From positions 147,010-179,009 of the forward strand of contig JAMOPO010000052.1 in the NCBI GenBank assembly GCA_027064425.1: a stretch of 32,000 bases of DNA. The letters are read 5' to 3'. The DNA comes from Methanobacteriota archaeon (GTDB taxonomy: Archaea; JAADCQ01; Methanopyri; Methanopyrales; Methanopyraceae). A program made the position numbers and the translations under genes. The stretch's first letter is position 1. Every line of letters begins with the position of its first letter. The notes under the pieces were generated by a model. That model searched no databases, had not been told where the DNA came from, and worked only from the letters and a program-made list of their open reading frames with translations. Positions 8,713 through 17,651 of the stretch are shown one piece after another.

Positions 8713-9146
8713 CGCTCTTTAACCCCCTCCCGCGAGGGTTCCGCCGGCTCGACCTCGAGCCGGCTCCCCAGCACCCTTCTCACGACGACGCGGTCACCCT
8801 CGCCGAGATCCGCCTCGGACACGGCGTCCCAGACCTCGCCTCGCACCTCCACTCGGAGCGGATCCGAGGACACCACCACTCCCTCCTCACCGCGCAGCTG
8901 GCTCGCGTCCGCGGGGCCGCCCTCCGCCGACCCGGCCCGCCGGCGCCCGACCAGTCCCCAAACCTGCATCACCAAGATCAGCGCGCCAGGCGGCCCGGTG
9001 ACCAGGAGGAGCTTGGGATCTCGGAGCCAGCTTCCCAGCCATAGGAGCCCGACTCCCACCGCGGAGACGACCCCGGTGTTGGCCAGGCAGTCCGCGGCGA
9101 TCATGGTCCCACCCGAAAGCATGAGGACGTGCGGGAGCCAGTCCAC
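8709..9146 (-). CDS. NfeD-like membrane protein with C-terminal OB-like domain
   Basis: Several hydrophobic segments followed by GEEGVVVSSDPLRVEVRGEVWDAVSEADLGEGDRVVVRRVLGSRLEVEP; ATGA overlap with the SPFH gene. Confidence 0.8.
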   Translation of the reverse strand: MDWLPHVLMLSGGTMIAADCLANTGVVSAVGVGLLWLGSWLRDPKLLLVTGPPGALILVMQVWGLVGRRRAGSAEGGPADASQLRGEEGVVVSSDPLRVEVRGEVWDAVSEADLGEGDRVVVRRVLGSRLEVEPAEPSREGVKER

Positions 9147-9203
9147 GGCCCGGACCCCGCTACCTCTATTTCCACTACGAGCGTGAACCGAGTGGGGAGC
9201 ACC

Positions 9204-10514
9204 GTGGACGTCATCGTGGGTGCCGGTCCGGCGGGGCGGACCTGCGCGCTAGTGCTGGGCCGGGCGGGTAGAAAAGTCCTGCTAATTGACCGGAAGGGTA
9301 AGAAGGGGGTCGGTGGGAAGTGCCTCAACGAGGCGTGCATGGTGGTGGGCGCGCTGGTCGAGGTCGCGCGGTTGGTGGCCTGGTCCAGGCTGGGGATCCC
9401 CGGGGTTGAGCTGTCGGTGGACGTGGATTACAGGGAGCTGACGCGCGGGGTGAAAAAGACGCTCGCCAAGATCAGGTCCAAGCTGCTCAGGGAGGTGCGA
9501 GACGCCGGCGTCGAGGTGGTCAGGGGCGAGGTGGATCGGGTCGAGGAGGGTCCGGCGGTTCGGGTGAACGGTGAGCGGCTGGAGGCGGATCACGTCCTCC
9601 TCGCGACCGGCTCCGTGCCCAAGGTCCCCGACGTGGACGGCGTGGAGCTGGACGACGTGGTGACCTACCGGGAGCTCTTGGACATCGACCTCCCGGGAGA
9701 GGCGTGCGTGGTCGGGGGCGGCCCGACGGCCCTGGAGCTAGCGTTCGTCTTCGCGGCGCTCGGGTCCGAGGTCACCCTGACCTACCGGTCGCAGCTGCTG
9801 CCGGGCTACCCGCGTGAGGTGGTCAAGGAGGCGGTCCGGGACCTGAAGTTGGTCGGCGTCGAGGTGGTGCGCGGGGGCGAGCTGAGGGAGATCCGGGAGA
9901 CGACCAACGGGCTGGAGTGCGAGTTCGAGTGCGGCTTCGTGGTGGCGGACGTCGTGCTGCTGGGCACGGGGCTGCGCCCGAACTCCGAGGTGGCGGCCAG
10001 GTCCGGGATCGAGGTGGGTGAGGATGGGGAGGTCGTGGTTGACGACCGGATGAGGACCTCCATGCCGGGGGTGTACGCGGCGGGCGACGTCACCGGCCCT
10101 CCCTACCTGGCCCCGGTGGCGAGGTACGAGGGGCTGGTGGCGGCCCTGAACATGCTCGGGCGCGATGCGCGGCGCGAGCACCCCTCAATACCTCGGGTCG
10201 TGAGACTCTTCCGCGACATCGGGCGCACGGAGGTTAAGGCGGCGTGGGAGGGGCGTCGCGAGGCTCCGGCCGGCGGCTCGGCCTTCTGGCTGTTCGCCCG
10301 CGGGTTTGAGGGGAAGCTGGTGGGGAGAAGGAGAGGCAAGACGTCCGAGCTGTTCACGGTGGGCCCGAACGCGTCGGAGTTCCTCCACTACGCCGGCCTC
10401 GTGCTGGACGAGAACTCCGGCGGATCGGAGGTCATCGAGGTGCACCCGACGGCCGATCCCGTCATCCACCTGGTGAAGGAGCTCAGGCTGGAGGACCTAA
10501 TGAACCGCTCTTAA
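9204..10514 (+). CDS. FAD/NAD(P) disulfide oxidoreductase, dihydrolipoamide dehydrogenase-like
   Basis: VDVIVGAGPAGRTCALVLG, GGKCLNEAC disulfide motif, ACVVGGGPTALELAFVFAALGSEVTL, GVYAAGDVTGPPYLAPVAR, HPTADPV C-terminal region. Alternative GTG starts at 9183 and 9192. Confidence 0.88.
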   Translation: MDVIVGAGPAGRTCALVLGRAGRKVLLIDRKGKKGVGGKCLNEACMVVGALVEVARLVAWSRLGIPGVELSVDVDYRELTRGVKKTLAKIRSKLLREVRDAGVEVVRGEVDRVEEGPAVRVNGERLEADHVLLATGSVPKVPDVDGVELDDVVTYRELLDIDLPGEACVVGGGPTALELAFVFAALGSEVTLTYRSQLLPGYPREVVKEAVRDLKLVGVEVVRGGELREIRETTNGLECEFECGFVVADVVLLGTGLRPNSEVAARSGIEVGEDGEVVVDDRMRTSMPGVYAAGDVTGPPYLAPVARYEGLVAALNMLGRDARREHPSIPRVVRLFRDIGRTEVKAAWEGRREAPAGGSAFWLFARGFEGKLVGRRRGKTSELFTVGPNASEFLHYAGLVLDENSGGSEVIEVHPTADPVIHLVKELRLEDLMNRS

Positions 10515-12169
10515 CCCTCCGGGAGCAGGTTCCTGGCCCTCTCCAGGTCCTCCTCGGTCACCTTCGGGAACACGGGCTCCGGCTCGGGTATCGAGCCGGC
10601 GCGCACGTCCCGGAGCGCCTCCTCCCACTCCTGATCGTGAACCGAGCTCTCGTAACCCAGGCTCCGCCACAGCTTGTCCGCGCTCTCCGGTAGGAACGGG
10701 GCCAGCATCACGGCTAGCGCCTTCACGATCCTCGCGCAGCCCTTCAGGACGCGCCTGCACTCCTCCGGGTCCTCCTTCCGCAGGTTCCACGGCTCCCGCT
10801 CCTGGAAGTACTCGTTCCCGAAGCTGGACAGGTCCAGGACCGCGTACAGTGCCTCCCGGAACTTGAAGTCCTCCAGCAGCTCCGTCACCCGCTCATGGTG
10901 CTCCTCGATCTCCTCGACGACCTCCTCCTCCGCCTCCACGCCCGGAATCTCACCGTCCAGGAACCGGTGGATGAACGAGAGCGTGCGGTACGCGAAGTTG
11001 CCCAGGTTGGCGATCAGCTCGTTGTTGATCTTGTCGCGGAACTCGTCCCAGGAGAAGTCCGCGTCCTTCGTCAGCGGGCTCATCGTGATCAGGTAGTACC
11101 GCAGGTAGTCCGCCGGGAACAGCTCCACGAAGTCTCGCACCCAGACGACCCAGCCCCGACTGGTGCTCATCTTCCGACCCTCGAGGGTCAGGTACTCACC
11201 CGCCACGACCGTGTGCGGCAGGTTCGCACCGACGCCCATCAGCATGGCCGGCCAGAACAGGACGTGGTGCACGATGATGTCCTTCCCGATGAAGTGGATG
11301 ATCTTAGTGTCACCATCGAACCAGTACTCCCTCCAGTCCCGACCCTCCCGCTCGCAGTACTGCTTCGTGAACGTGACGTACCCGATCGGTGCGTCGAACC
11401 ACACGTAAAACACCTTGTCCTCGTAGCCCTCGAGCGGGATGGGCACGCCCCAGTCGATGTCGCGAGTGATGTCCCAGTCTCGGAGCCCCTCCTTAATCCA
11501 CTCCAGCGCGTAGTTCCGGACGTTCCTGGGCAGGTTCTCGTTGGACTCTATCCACTCCTTCAGGTCCTCCTCGAACTCGCTGAGCTTGAAGAACAGGTGC
11601 TTTACCCTCCGCACCTCCGGCTCGGAGTTACAGATCACGCACCGCGGGTCCTCGAGCTGCGTGGGCTCGAGGTGCCGCCCGCACGCCTCGCAGTGATCAC
11701 CCCGCGCTCCCTCCTCACCGCAGTACGGGCACCGACCCTCCACGTACCGGTCCGGCAGGGGCCGCTCGCACTTCGGGCAGTACAGCTGCTCAACCTCACG
11801 CTCCTCGATGTACCCCTTCTCGTGCAACCGCTCGAAGAACCAGTGGGTCATCTTCACGTGCTCCTCGTTGAACTCCCGGCACGTGCACGAGAACTCGTCG
11901 AACTCAATGTTCAGCCGCTCCAGGTCCTCCTTGATCCTCTCGTGGTACTTGCGGACGATCTCCTCCGGCTCCTTGCCCTCGAGCTCGGCCTGCAGCGCGA
12001 TCGGGACCCCGTGGTTATCCGTGCCGCCGATGTGGACCGCGTCCACGCCTCGCATCTTGAGGAACCGGGTGTACACGTCCGCGGGCAGGTAGGTGCTGCG
12101 CACGTGCCCGATGTGCAGTGGTCCGTTGGTGTAGGCGAGGGCCGTCGTCACCAGGACCCGCTCGCTCAC
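10511..12169 (-). CDS. metG: Methionyl-tRNA synthetase
   Basis: TTALAYTNGPLHIGHVRS (HIGH), zinc knuckles CPKC...CPYC...CEAC...CVIC, FIGKDIIVHHVLFWPAMLMG, GRKMSTSRG (KMSKS-like). Confidence 0.98.
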   Translation of the reverse strand: MSERVLVTTALAYTNGPLHIGHVRSTYLPADVYTRFLKMRGVDAVHIGGTDNHGVPIALQAELEGKEPEEIVRKYHERIKEDLERLNIEFDEFSCTCREFNEEHVKMTHWFFERLHEKGYIEEREVEQLYCPKCERPLPDRYVEGRCPYCGEEGARGDHCEACGRHLEPTQLEDPRCVICNSEPEVRRVKHLFFKLSEFEEDLKEWIESNENLPRNVRNYALEWIKEGLRDWDITRDIDWGVPIPLEGYEDKVFYVWFDAPIGYVTFTKQYCEREGRDWREYWFDGDTKIIHFIGKDIIVHHVLFWPAMLMGVGANLPHTVVAGEYLTLEGRKMSTSRGWVVWVRDFVELFPADYLRYYLITMSPLTKDADFSWDEFRDKINNELIANLGNFAYRTLSFIHRFLDGEIPGVEAEEEVVEEIEEHHERVTELLEDFKFREALYAVLDLSSFGNEYFQEREPWNLRKEDPEECRRVLKGCARIVKALAVMLAPFLPESADKLWRSLGYESSVHDQEWEEALRDVRAGSIPEPEPVFPKVTEEDLERARNLLPEG

Positions 12170-12181
12170 CTCGCCTCCCCC

Positions 12182-12802
12182 CTACAGGACGTAGCCCCAC
12201 TTCACTGGGGTGACGTTGGCCAGCGAGACCGGCTTCAAATCCTCCGCCTTCAGCACTCCCGTGATCGAGTAGGCCACCGGGTACTCGTCGTCCAGCGACG
12301 CCACCTCGAACTCGTAGATCGATCCCCGCTTCTCGGCCCGGAACACCGCCAGGATCGCCGGCGCCCGCTCCAGCCTCCTCGCCAGCCGCTCCGGGTCGAC
12401 CCACGGGTTCCTGACCTGCACCTCCACGACGTACGCCTCCACCTGGTCGAGGAAAACCGCCGGCGCCCTGCCCAGCCCCTCCCGACGCAGCGTCCGGCTG
12501 ATCAGCTGCCCCAGCTCCCACTTGGACATGGGCCTCGGAAGCCGCACGATTATGCACGCCTCCACGGACGAGGGGGCCGTCTTAACGCCGCCCACCCTCA
12601 CGACGTACGGGACCCGGAGCAGCGCTCGATGGACGTCCTTCGGCTTGAGCCCCGGCCTCAGGTTGCAGATGACGACGTGGTAGCACGCCACCTGGGCCCC
12701 CTTGGACGAGATGGCCCACTGGTACGCCAGGATCCCCGCCACCGAGCCCGTCAGGGCGGCCGCCAAAACGACGATCGCCACCCTGCCCGCCCGCACGCTC
12801 AC
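12182..12802 (-). CDS. N-terminally membrane-anchored hypothetical protein
   Basis: GTG start at 12802 (VSVRAGRVAIVVLAAALTGSVAGILAYQWA...), one TM then a soluble domain. The listed ORF N-terminus upstream of 12802 overlaps the neighbouring membrane-protein gene and looks spurious. Confidence 0.75.
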   Translation of the reverse strand: MSVRAGRVAIVVLAAALTGSVAGILAYQWAISSKGAQVACYHVVICNLRPGLKPKDVHRALLRVPYVVRVGGVKTAPSSVEACIIVRLPRPMSKWELGQLISRTLRREGLGRAPAVFLDQVEAYVVEVQVRNPWVDPERLARRLERAPAILAVFRAEKRGSIYEFEVASLDDEYPVAYSITGVLKAEDLKPVSLANVTPVKWGYVL

Positions 12803-13692
12803 AGCCCCCTGCTCACCGCCACGGTCATCAGTATCGACATCCCCGTCACCCAGGCGACGGAGTTCGGCGCCACCGGCTGCGCGAGGTAGCCCAGCACCCG
12901 GATCAGCGCCTGTACCAGCATCGGGAGCACCCCGACCACCGCGGCACCGACCAGCCACCGCTTACACCACCGCGGCCTCACCGCCCAGACCAGGTAGAGG
13001 CCCAATCCCGCCACCAGCGGCTTGCACATGAACCCGCCGTCAACGGCCCCGAGCACGGTGAGGAACCCGGCGACGGAGAGCATGATCGGCTCCAGCACCG
13101 TCCCGCGCCGCTCGTGCACGCTCAGCGGGTGGAGGAACCCCAGCGCGACGTAAGCGGCCACCGTGATCAGCGCGAGGGGGACGGCGAGAGGCCAGGGGAC
13201 GTACTTCGCCAGCACCGAGCCGTAATGGTACTTGGTGCGGACGTGGCGGAGCGCCAGGTCCAGAATCTTACCCACGCACGCCTTCAGCGCGTGGGTGTGC
13301 GTGAGGGACGTCGTCTCCCCGACCGAGCCTCCACCCGTGATGACGACGAGGGTGCCGGCCTTCATCCGGTACGGCGTGTTCAGCTGGATGACCAGCTGGC
13401 CGAGGTAGGGAAGCAGGGCGATGCCGACCACCGTCGCGCCCGCCGCGCGGTTCCCAACCTCGAGCACGGGCCGACCGTGGCCCGCCAGCAGCAGGCACAT
13501 CAGCCCAACGTGAGCGAGCAGGAGCGCGGGTTTAGCCTCCGTGGACCCCGTCAGTACCGGGTAGAAGAACTCGCGCACCAGGGCGTCGAGTGGCGTGTCC
13601 GTAGCGACCAGGAGCGCCGCGATTCCCAGCAGGAACGCTCCCGCGAGCCGGAGGTACCGGTCAACCCTCGACCGCCTCGAGGATGCGGTCAA
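12799..13692 (-). CDS. Polytopic membrane protein of unknown function
   Basis: Multiple hydrophobic segments; polar loop TGGGSVGETTSLTHTHALKACVGK. Confidence 0.8.
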   Translation of the reverse strand: MTASSRRSRVDRYLRLAGAFLLGIAALLVATDTPLDALVREFFYPVLTGSTEAKPALLLAHVGLMCLLLAGHGRPVLEVGNRAAGATVVGIALLPYLGQLVIQLNTPYRMKAGTLVVITGGGSVGETTSLTHTHALKACVGKILDLALRHVRTKYHYGSVLAKYVPWPLAVPLALITVAAYVALGFLHPLSVHERRGTVLEPIMLSVAGFLTVLGAVDGGFMCKPLVAGLGLYLVWAVRPRWCKRWLVGAAVVGVLPMLVQALIRVLGYLAQPVAPNSVAWVTGMSILMTVAVSRGL

Positions 13693-14629
13693 CAGCCTCG
13701 GCCCCTCCGCGGACCAGCCACCTGCCGTCCGGGCGCTCGGCGACCTCCACCGGGTCGGTCTCCTCCACCTCGTCCAGGCTCAGCACGGGAACCCCCGACT
13801 CCCGGGCGATCCAGTGACTTAAGTGCCTCGGATGCAGCTCCCACACCTTGACCGCCCTGTTGCCCACCACGCACGCCTCAATGGTCACCCCGAACCCCCC
13901 GGAGAAGACGACCGTGTCGGCCACCATCATCGCGCCGGGCAGGTCCACGAATCCGCGCAGGCGGTCGAACCCCGGGGGCGCGCCGACGCGGAACGGAACG
14001 ACGAGCGGGTCGTGCTCGGACAGCCGCCTCAGGAGCCGCCTCGCCCCCTCCTCCGTCACGTCCCCTCCCAGGCAGACCAGCACACGATCCCGGCACTCCT
14101 CGGGCACCGGGCCCGGGATCTCACCCCTGAGGTGCCGCTCGGCGAGGTACTGGGCCAGCGGCGGCCCCGGGATGACCCTCGCCCGCGCGCCCGACCTCCG
14201 CTCCAGCTCCCTCGCGAACTCCCGGGAGAAGGGAACCAGTACCTCGGAGGCGAACCGGACCACCTCCACCGGGTTGTACACGTCCATTTCCACGTGCACG
14301 GACCTGACGCGCAGCGCCGCGGCCGCGAGCAGGGACTTCCGCGCGTCCCCGGTGTTGCCGGAGGATAGCACGACCGAGGGCCGATCCCGAGCCATCCGCG
14401 CCAGCACCCGGGTCAGGTCCACCGCGAAGCCGAGGTAGCCGCGCCACCCCTCCCGTCGCCTAGACCTGCCGAGCGTGCGCGCGTCCCGCCCCTCCCACCG
14501 TAGCACCTCGGAGCCGCGCCCGTGCCCGTACACCCGAACGTCCCAGCCCTCGCGCTCGAGCCGCTCGAGGACCGGGAGCAGGTTCTTCGCCGGCGAGGGT
14601 TCTACAAGGGCGAACGCCCGCTCACCCAC
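13661..14629 (-). CDS. GT-B-fold glycosyltransferase-like protein (MurG/DUF354-like)
   Basis: GTG start at 14629 (VGERAFALVEPSPAKNLLPVLERLEREGWDVRVYGHG...); VVLSSGNTGDARKSLLAAAALRV; RVLVCLGGDVTEEGARRLL; VFSGGFGVTIEACVVGNRAV. The upstream 168 codons of the listed ORF overlap hisB out of frame. Confidence 0.65.
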   Translation of the reverse strand: MGERAFALVEPSPAKNLLPVLERLEREGWDVRVYGHGRGSEVLRWEGRDARTLGRSRRREGWRGYLGFAVDLTRVLARMARDRPSVVLSSGNTGDARKSLLAAAALRVRSVHVEMDVYNPVEVVRFASEVLVPFSREFARELERRSGARARVIPGPPLAQYLAERHLRGEIPGPVPEECRDRVLVCLGGDVTEEGARRLLRRLSEHDPLVVPFRVGAPPGFDRLRGFVDLPGAMMVADTVVFSGGFGVTIEACVVGNRAVKVWELHPRHLSHWIARESGVPVLSLDEVEETDPVEVAERPDGRWLVRGGAEAVDRILEAVEG

Positions 14630-15221
14630 GTCCCAGCCTCCCCTTGGTGGACGGGACGCCCTCCTCGACCACCTCCACCGCCTCCCGCAGGGCCCGAGCC
14701 ACCGCCTTGAACATTGCCTCCACGGCGTGATGATCGTTGTCCCACGCCCGGAACTCCACGTGCATCGTGGTCCCGGAGTTCTCGCAGAAGCTGCGCCAGA
14801 AGTGCGGTACGTTCTCCAGCGAGAGCGGTGGATCGCCGATCCCGGGTCGGGAGGGATTGAACCCGCTGACCCGGAGGTAGGCCCGACCGGACAAGTCCAG
14901 GGCGCAGAGGACCAGGGAGCCATCCATGGGTACCATGGACCAGGCCATCCGGCGGATCCCGGACCGGTCGCCCAGAGCCTCGTCGAGCGCCTTGCCCAGG
15001 CAGATGCCCACGTCCTCCACCACGTGGTGATCGTCCACCTCCAGGTCGCCCACCACCTCGACCTCCAGGTCCAGTCCACCGTGAAGCGCCAGCTGTTCCA
15101 GCAGGTGGTCAAAGAACGGGAGCCCGGTGTCAACGTCGGCGGAGCCCTCCCCGTCGAGATCCATCCGGACGCTGACGTCCGTCTCCTCGGTCCTCCGCCG
15201 GACCTCTCCCACCCTGCTCAA
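14622..15221 (-). CDS. hisB: Imidazoleglycerol-phosphate dehydratase
   Basis: GLPFFDHLLEQLALHGGLDLEV, DDHHVVEDVGICLGKAL, MDGSLVLCALDLSGRAYL, AWDNDHHAVEAMFKAVARAL. Confidence 0.98.
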   Translation of the reverse strand: MSRVGEVRRRTEETDVSVRMDLDGEGSADVDTGLPFFDHLLEQLALHGGLDLEVEVVGDLEVDDHHVVEDVGICLGKALDEALGDRSGIRRMAWSMVPMDGSLVLCALDLSGRAYLRVSGFNPSRPGIGDPPLSLENVPHFWRSFCENSGTTMHVEFRAWDNDHHAVEAMFKAVARALREAVEVVEEGVPSTKGRLGRG

Positions 15222-15286
15222 CGCGACTCTCCCCGCCGATCGATCCGTCTAAAAGGCCGGCTCGGGGCATCGGGCCGGGCGATCGC

Positions 15287-15685
15287 GTGGAGCGCGCGCT
15301 GGCGGCTGCGTGCGTGCTGCTGGGCGCGGTGCTGCTGTGGGCGTCCCACGGGGTGCCAGAGGATAAGGTTACGGCCGCGAGCCTTCGCGGGCTTCCGGAC
15401 GGAACGCTGGTGCTCGTGGACGGGAAGGTCTCACGGCTTGTCACGCTCCGGCGCGGGTGCTTGGTGGAGGTGCGGGTTAGGGACGGCACGGTGCCGGTGT
15501 ACCTCACGGAGTCCGCCGGTCGGGAGCGTGTGCCGGCCCCGGGCGAAAGGTTTCGAGCCCTGGGCCGAGTGGAATCCTACGAGGGTAGGAAGGAGGTGAG
15601 GGTTGATGCGTCGGGGCTACGTGCTGCCGGTGGCGGTGGGCGTTCTGGTGGCCCTGATCCTGCCGTACGTGGTGTACGGTGGTAA
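15287..15685 (+). CDS. Exported or membrane-anchored OB-fold-like small protein
   Basis: N-terminal hydrophobic segment (ALAAACVLLGAVLLWASHG) then VTAASLRGLPDGTLVLVDGKVSRLV...VEVRVRDGTVPVYL...RFRALGRVESYEGRKEVRVDA. Confidence 0.6.
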   Translation: MERALAAACVLLGAVLLWASHGVPEDKVTAASLRGLPDGTLVLVDGKVSRLVTLRRGCLVEVRVRDGTVPVYLTESAGRERVPAPGERFRALGRVESYEGRKEVRVDASGLRAAGGGGRSGGPDPAVRGVRW

Positions 15686-16409
15686 GCCGGAGGGTCCGGG
15701 CTACCCGACGGAGCTTTACGGGTTCAGGGTCAGCCTGGCGAGTCCCGATCTGGCCGTCACGGACATCGTACCCAGGAAGACGCTGCTGATGGAGCACGAG
15801 CTGCGGGTCGACTCGCCGGGCTGGTCGGTGCACTTCGTGCCGGACTGGCCTCCCGTCGTTCTGGTTCACGCGGTGAGAATGAGCGACGAAGAACTGGCGG
15901 TTAGGAACCTGTGGGCGGTCGTCCTCCAGGAGGGTGCCGGGCGGATCTTCATGCCGGACGAGTTCGTGGAGGGCGGCGTGCCGGGGCTGATCACGGGGAT
16001 CGCCGGCCAGGCGTGGGCGTGGAAGCACCTGAAGTGGGCCCGGAAGTACGGGGTGATCCACGGGCTGCGGAGGTACGCGCGGGAGGTGGGCCCGAGCCGG
16101 GTAAGTCGAGAGATCCGTCGGGAGTACGGGAAGGAGCCGTGGCGGGCCCTGCTGGACTTCTGTGAGATGATGCGGTGCAGCGACGTGGGGCGCTTCCTGC
16201 GCTCCAAGCGCCTGTCCTTCCGGGACTTCTTAACCAGCCGGGATCCGGAGTTAGTCGCCCAGGTCCTGACGGTGCTGGACCTGGGCAGACTGGACCCGGA
16301 GGTGGCTAAGAAGAGGATCCGGTACGTGTTGGACGCTCGGGCGTACCCGCTGCCAAAAAGTGAGGAGTGGGCGTTGAGGGAGGCGGCGCGGAGGCTGCTT
16401 CACGGGTGA
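15606..16409 (+). CDS. N-terminally anchored or secreted protein of unknown function
   Basis: MRRGYVLPVAVGVLVALILPYVVYGG signal/TM; 268-aa ORF with codon pattern like its neighbours; overlaps the upstream ORF. Confidence 0.7.
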   Translation: MRRGYVLPVAVGVLVALILPYVVYGGKPEGPGYPTELYGFRVSLASPDLAVTDIVPRKTLLMEHELRVDSPGWSVHFVPDWPPVVLVHAVRMSDEELAVRNLWAVVLQEGAGRIFMPDEFVEGGVPGLITGIAGQAWAWKHLKWARKYGVIHGLRRYAREVGPSRVSREIRREYGKEPWRALLDFCEMMRCSDVGRFLRSKRLSFRDFLTSRDPELVAQVLTVLDLGRLDPEVAKKRIRYVLDARAYPLPKSEEWALREAARRLLHG

Positions 16410-17317
16410 AGGTCGATGCCCAGGGCCTCGCAGATCTCCTTGTACCGGTTGCGGATGGTGACCTCGGTTACCTTGGCGACCTCGGCGATCTCCCGCTGCG
16501 TCCGGCGTTCGCCCTCGAGGATGCAGGCGATGTAGAGGGCCGCGGCGGCGATGCCGGCGGGACCCTTGCCCACGGTGATGCCCTTCTCCTTCGCCTTCTC
16601 GATGATCTCCTGCGCCTTCGCCTCGACGTCCTCCGAGACGTTCAGCTTGGACGCGAAGCGTGGCAGGTGGTCCGAGGGCTCGGTCGGGCGCTGGTTGAGT
16701 CCGAGCTTGCGCTGCAGGACCCGGTAGGCGCGGAGGATCTCGTTCTCGTCGGGCATGTTCAGCGCCTCGGCGATCTCGCGGGCCGTGCGTGGGTGCCTCG
16801 TCTCCTTGCACGCGGCGAAGACGGCCGCTCCGAGCACGCTCTCGATCCCGCGCCCGCGGACGATTCCCTTCTCGTACGCCTTCCGGTAGATCGCGGCGGC
16901 GCGCTCCTTCGCCGGCTCGGGGAGCTGCAGCTTGGAGGCCAGCACCTCGAGCTCTTGGAACGCCTGCTGGAAGTTACGCTCCCGGCTGCTGGAGGCCTTG
17001 ATCCGGTTGTCCCAGGTTCTCAGCCGCTGCATGTGCGGGTTCTTCCGTCCGGAGGAGTCGCGCAGCTCGCGGTCGATGATCGTGGACAGGCCCTTATCCG
17101 GCAGCCGGACCTTCGCGGGCTCCCCGGTCCGGGAGCGGCGCTGCCGCTGGTCGGAGTTGAAGTGGCGCCACTCCGGGCCGGGGTCGATCACGGGTTCCTC
17201 GTTCACGAGCCCGCACTTCTCGCAAACGTACTCACCGCGCTCCTCATCGAAGACGATCTCGCGGGACCCGCAGGCCGGGCAGACCATCTCCCCAGCATCC
17301 TTCTCAGAATTAGCCAT
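16400..17317 (-). CDS. tfb: Transcription initiation factor TFB (TFIIB homologue)
   Basis: Start MANSEKDAGEM; zinc ribbon CPACGSREIVFDEERGEYVCEKCG; cyclin repeats; VTEVTIRNRYKEICEALG. Confidence 0.98.
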   Translation of the reverse strand: MANSEKDAGEMVCPACGSREIVFDEERGEYVCEKCGLVNEEPVIDPGPEWRHFNSDQRQRRSRTGEPAKVRLPDKGLSTIIDRELRDSSGRKNPHMQRLRTWDNRIKASSSRERNFQQAFQELEVLASKLQLPEPAKERAAAIYRKAYEKGIVRGRGIESVLGAAVFAACKETRHPRTAREIAEALNMPDENEILRAYRVLQRKLGLNQRPTEPSDHLPRFASKLNVSEDVEAKAQEIIEKAKEKGITVGKGPAGIAAAALYIACILEGERRTQREIAEVAKVTEVTIRNRYKEICEALGIDLHP

Positions 17318-17333
17318 GCCTCGGCACACCCCA

Positions 17334-17612
17334 TTACCTCCGCCGGGGTCGCCTACGCCTTCTCCTCGGGGGCCTACGCCTGCGTCTGGGCGGGATGAAC
17401 AGCTCCTTGCCCACGAATCTCTCCAACCGCTCCTTCGACTTGTCCCGGATCGCCACGTAGGGCTTGTCCGCAGGCCCGAACACGTCGACGATGATGCCCA
17501 CACGCTCCCGGCGGCGGGTCACCACGGGCGCGCCCAGCGGCGGTACCTCCTCGGCTCGGGCGATCAGGTTCCCCCGAGGGGTTACGTGCAGGGCCTTCCC
17601 GAGCCTGCGCAT
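17334..17612 (-). CDS. gar1: H/ACA RNP protein Gar1-like
   Basis: LGKALHVTPRGNLIARAEEVPPLGAPVVTRRRERVGIIVDVFGPADKPYVAIR plus a basic Arg/Pro-rich tail; adjacent to tfb. Confidence 0.85.
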   Translation of the reverse strand: MRRLGKALHVTPRGNLIARAEEVPPLGAPVVTRRRERVGIIVDVFGPADKPYVAIRDKSKERLERFVGKELFIPPRRRRRPPRRRRRRPRRR

Positions 17613-17616
17613 GGTG

Positions 17617-17651
17617 ACACCGCCTCCATGTTCGATGTTGAGGCTCCGGCT
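17617..17651 (-). promoter_or_regulatory. Candidate ribosome-binding and promoter region of the gar1-tfb pair
   Basis: Reverse strand reads cgtaaaggataaagccggag...catggaggcggtgtcacc immediately before the gar1 ATG: a TATA-like gtaaaggataaag and an SD-like ggagg. Confidence 0.4.

Noticed and set aside
10895-12889. 664-aa plus-strand ORF opposite metG
   Set aside because: Antisense to a well-supported MetRS. Composition (His/Arg/Leu/Pro-rich, no motifs) is typical of GC-rich shadow ORFs.
14630-15133. N-terminal 168 residues of the listed 490-aa ORF
   Set aside because: Trp/Arg-rich out-of-frame translation of hisB. The glycosyltransferase-like similarity begins at the GTG at 14629.
17318-17503. 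N-terminal 62 residues of the listed 367-aa TFB ORF
   Set aside because: Out-of-frame overlap with gar1; TFB similarity begins at MANSEKD (17317).
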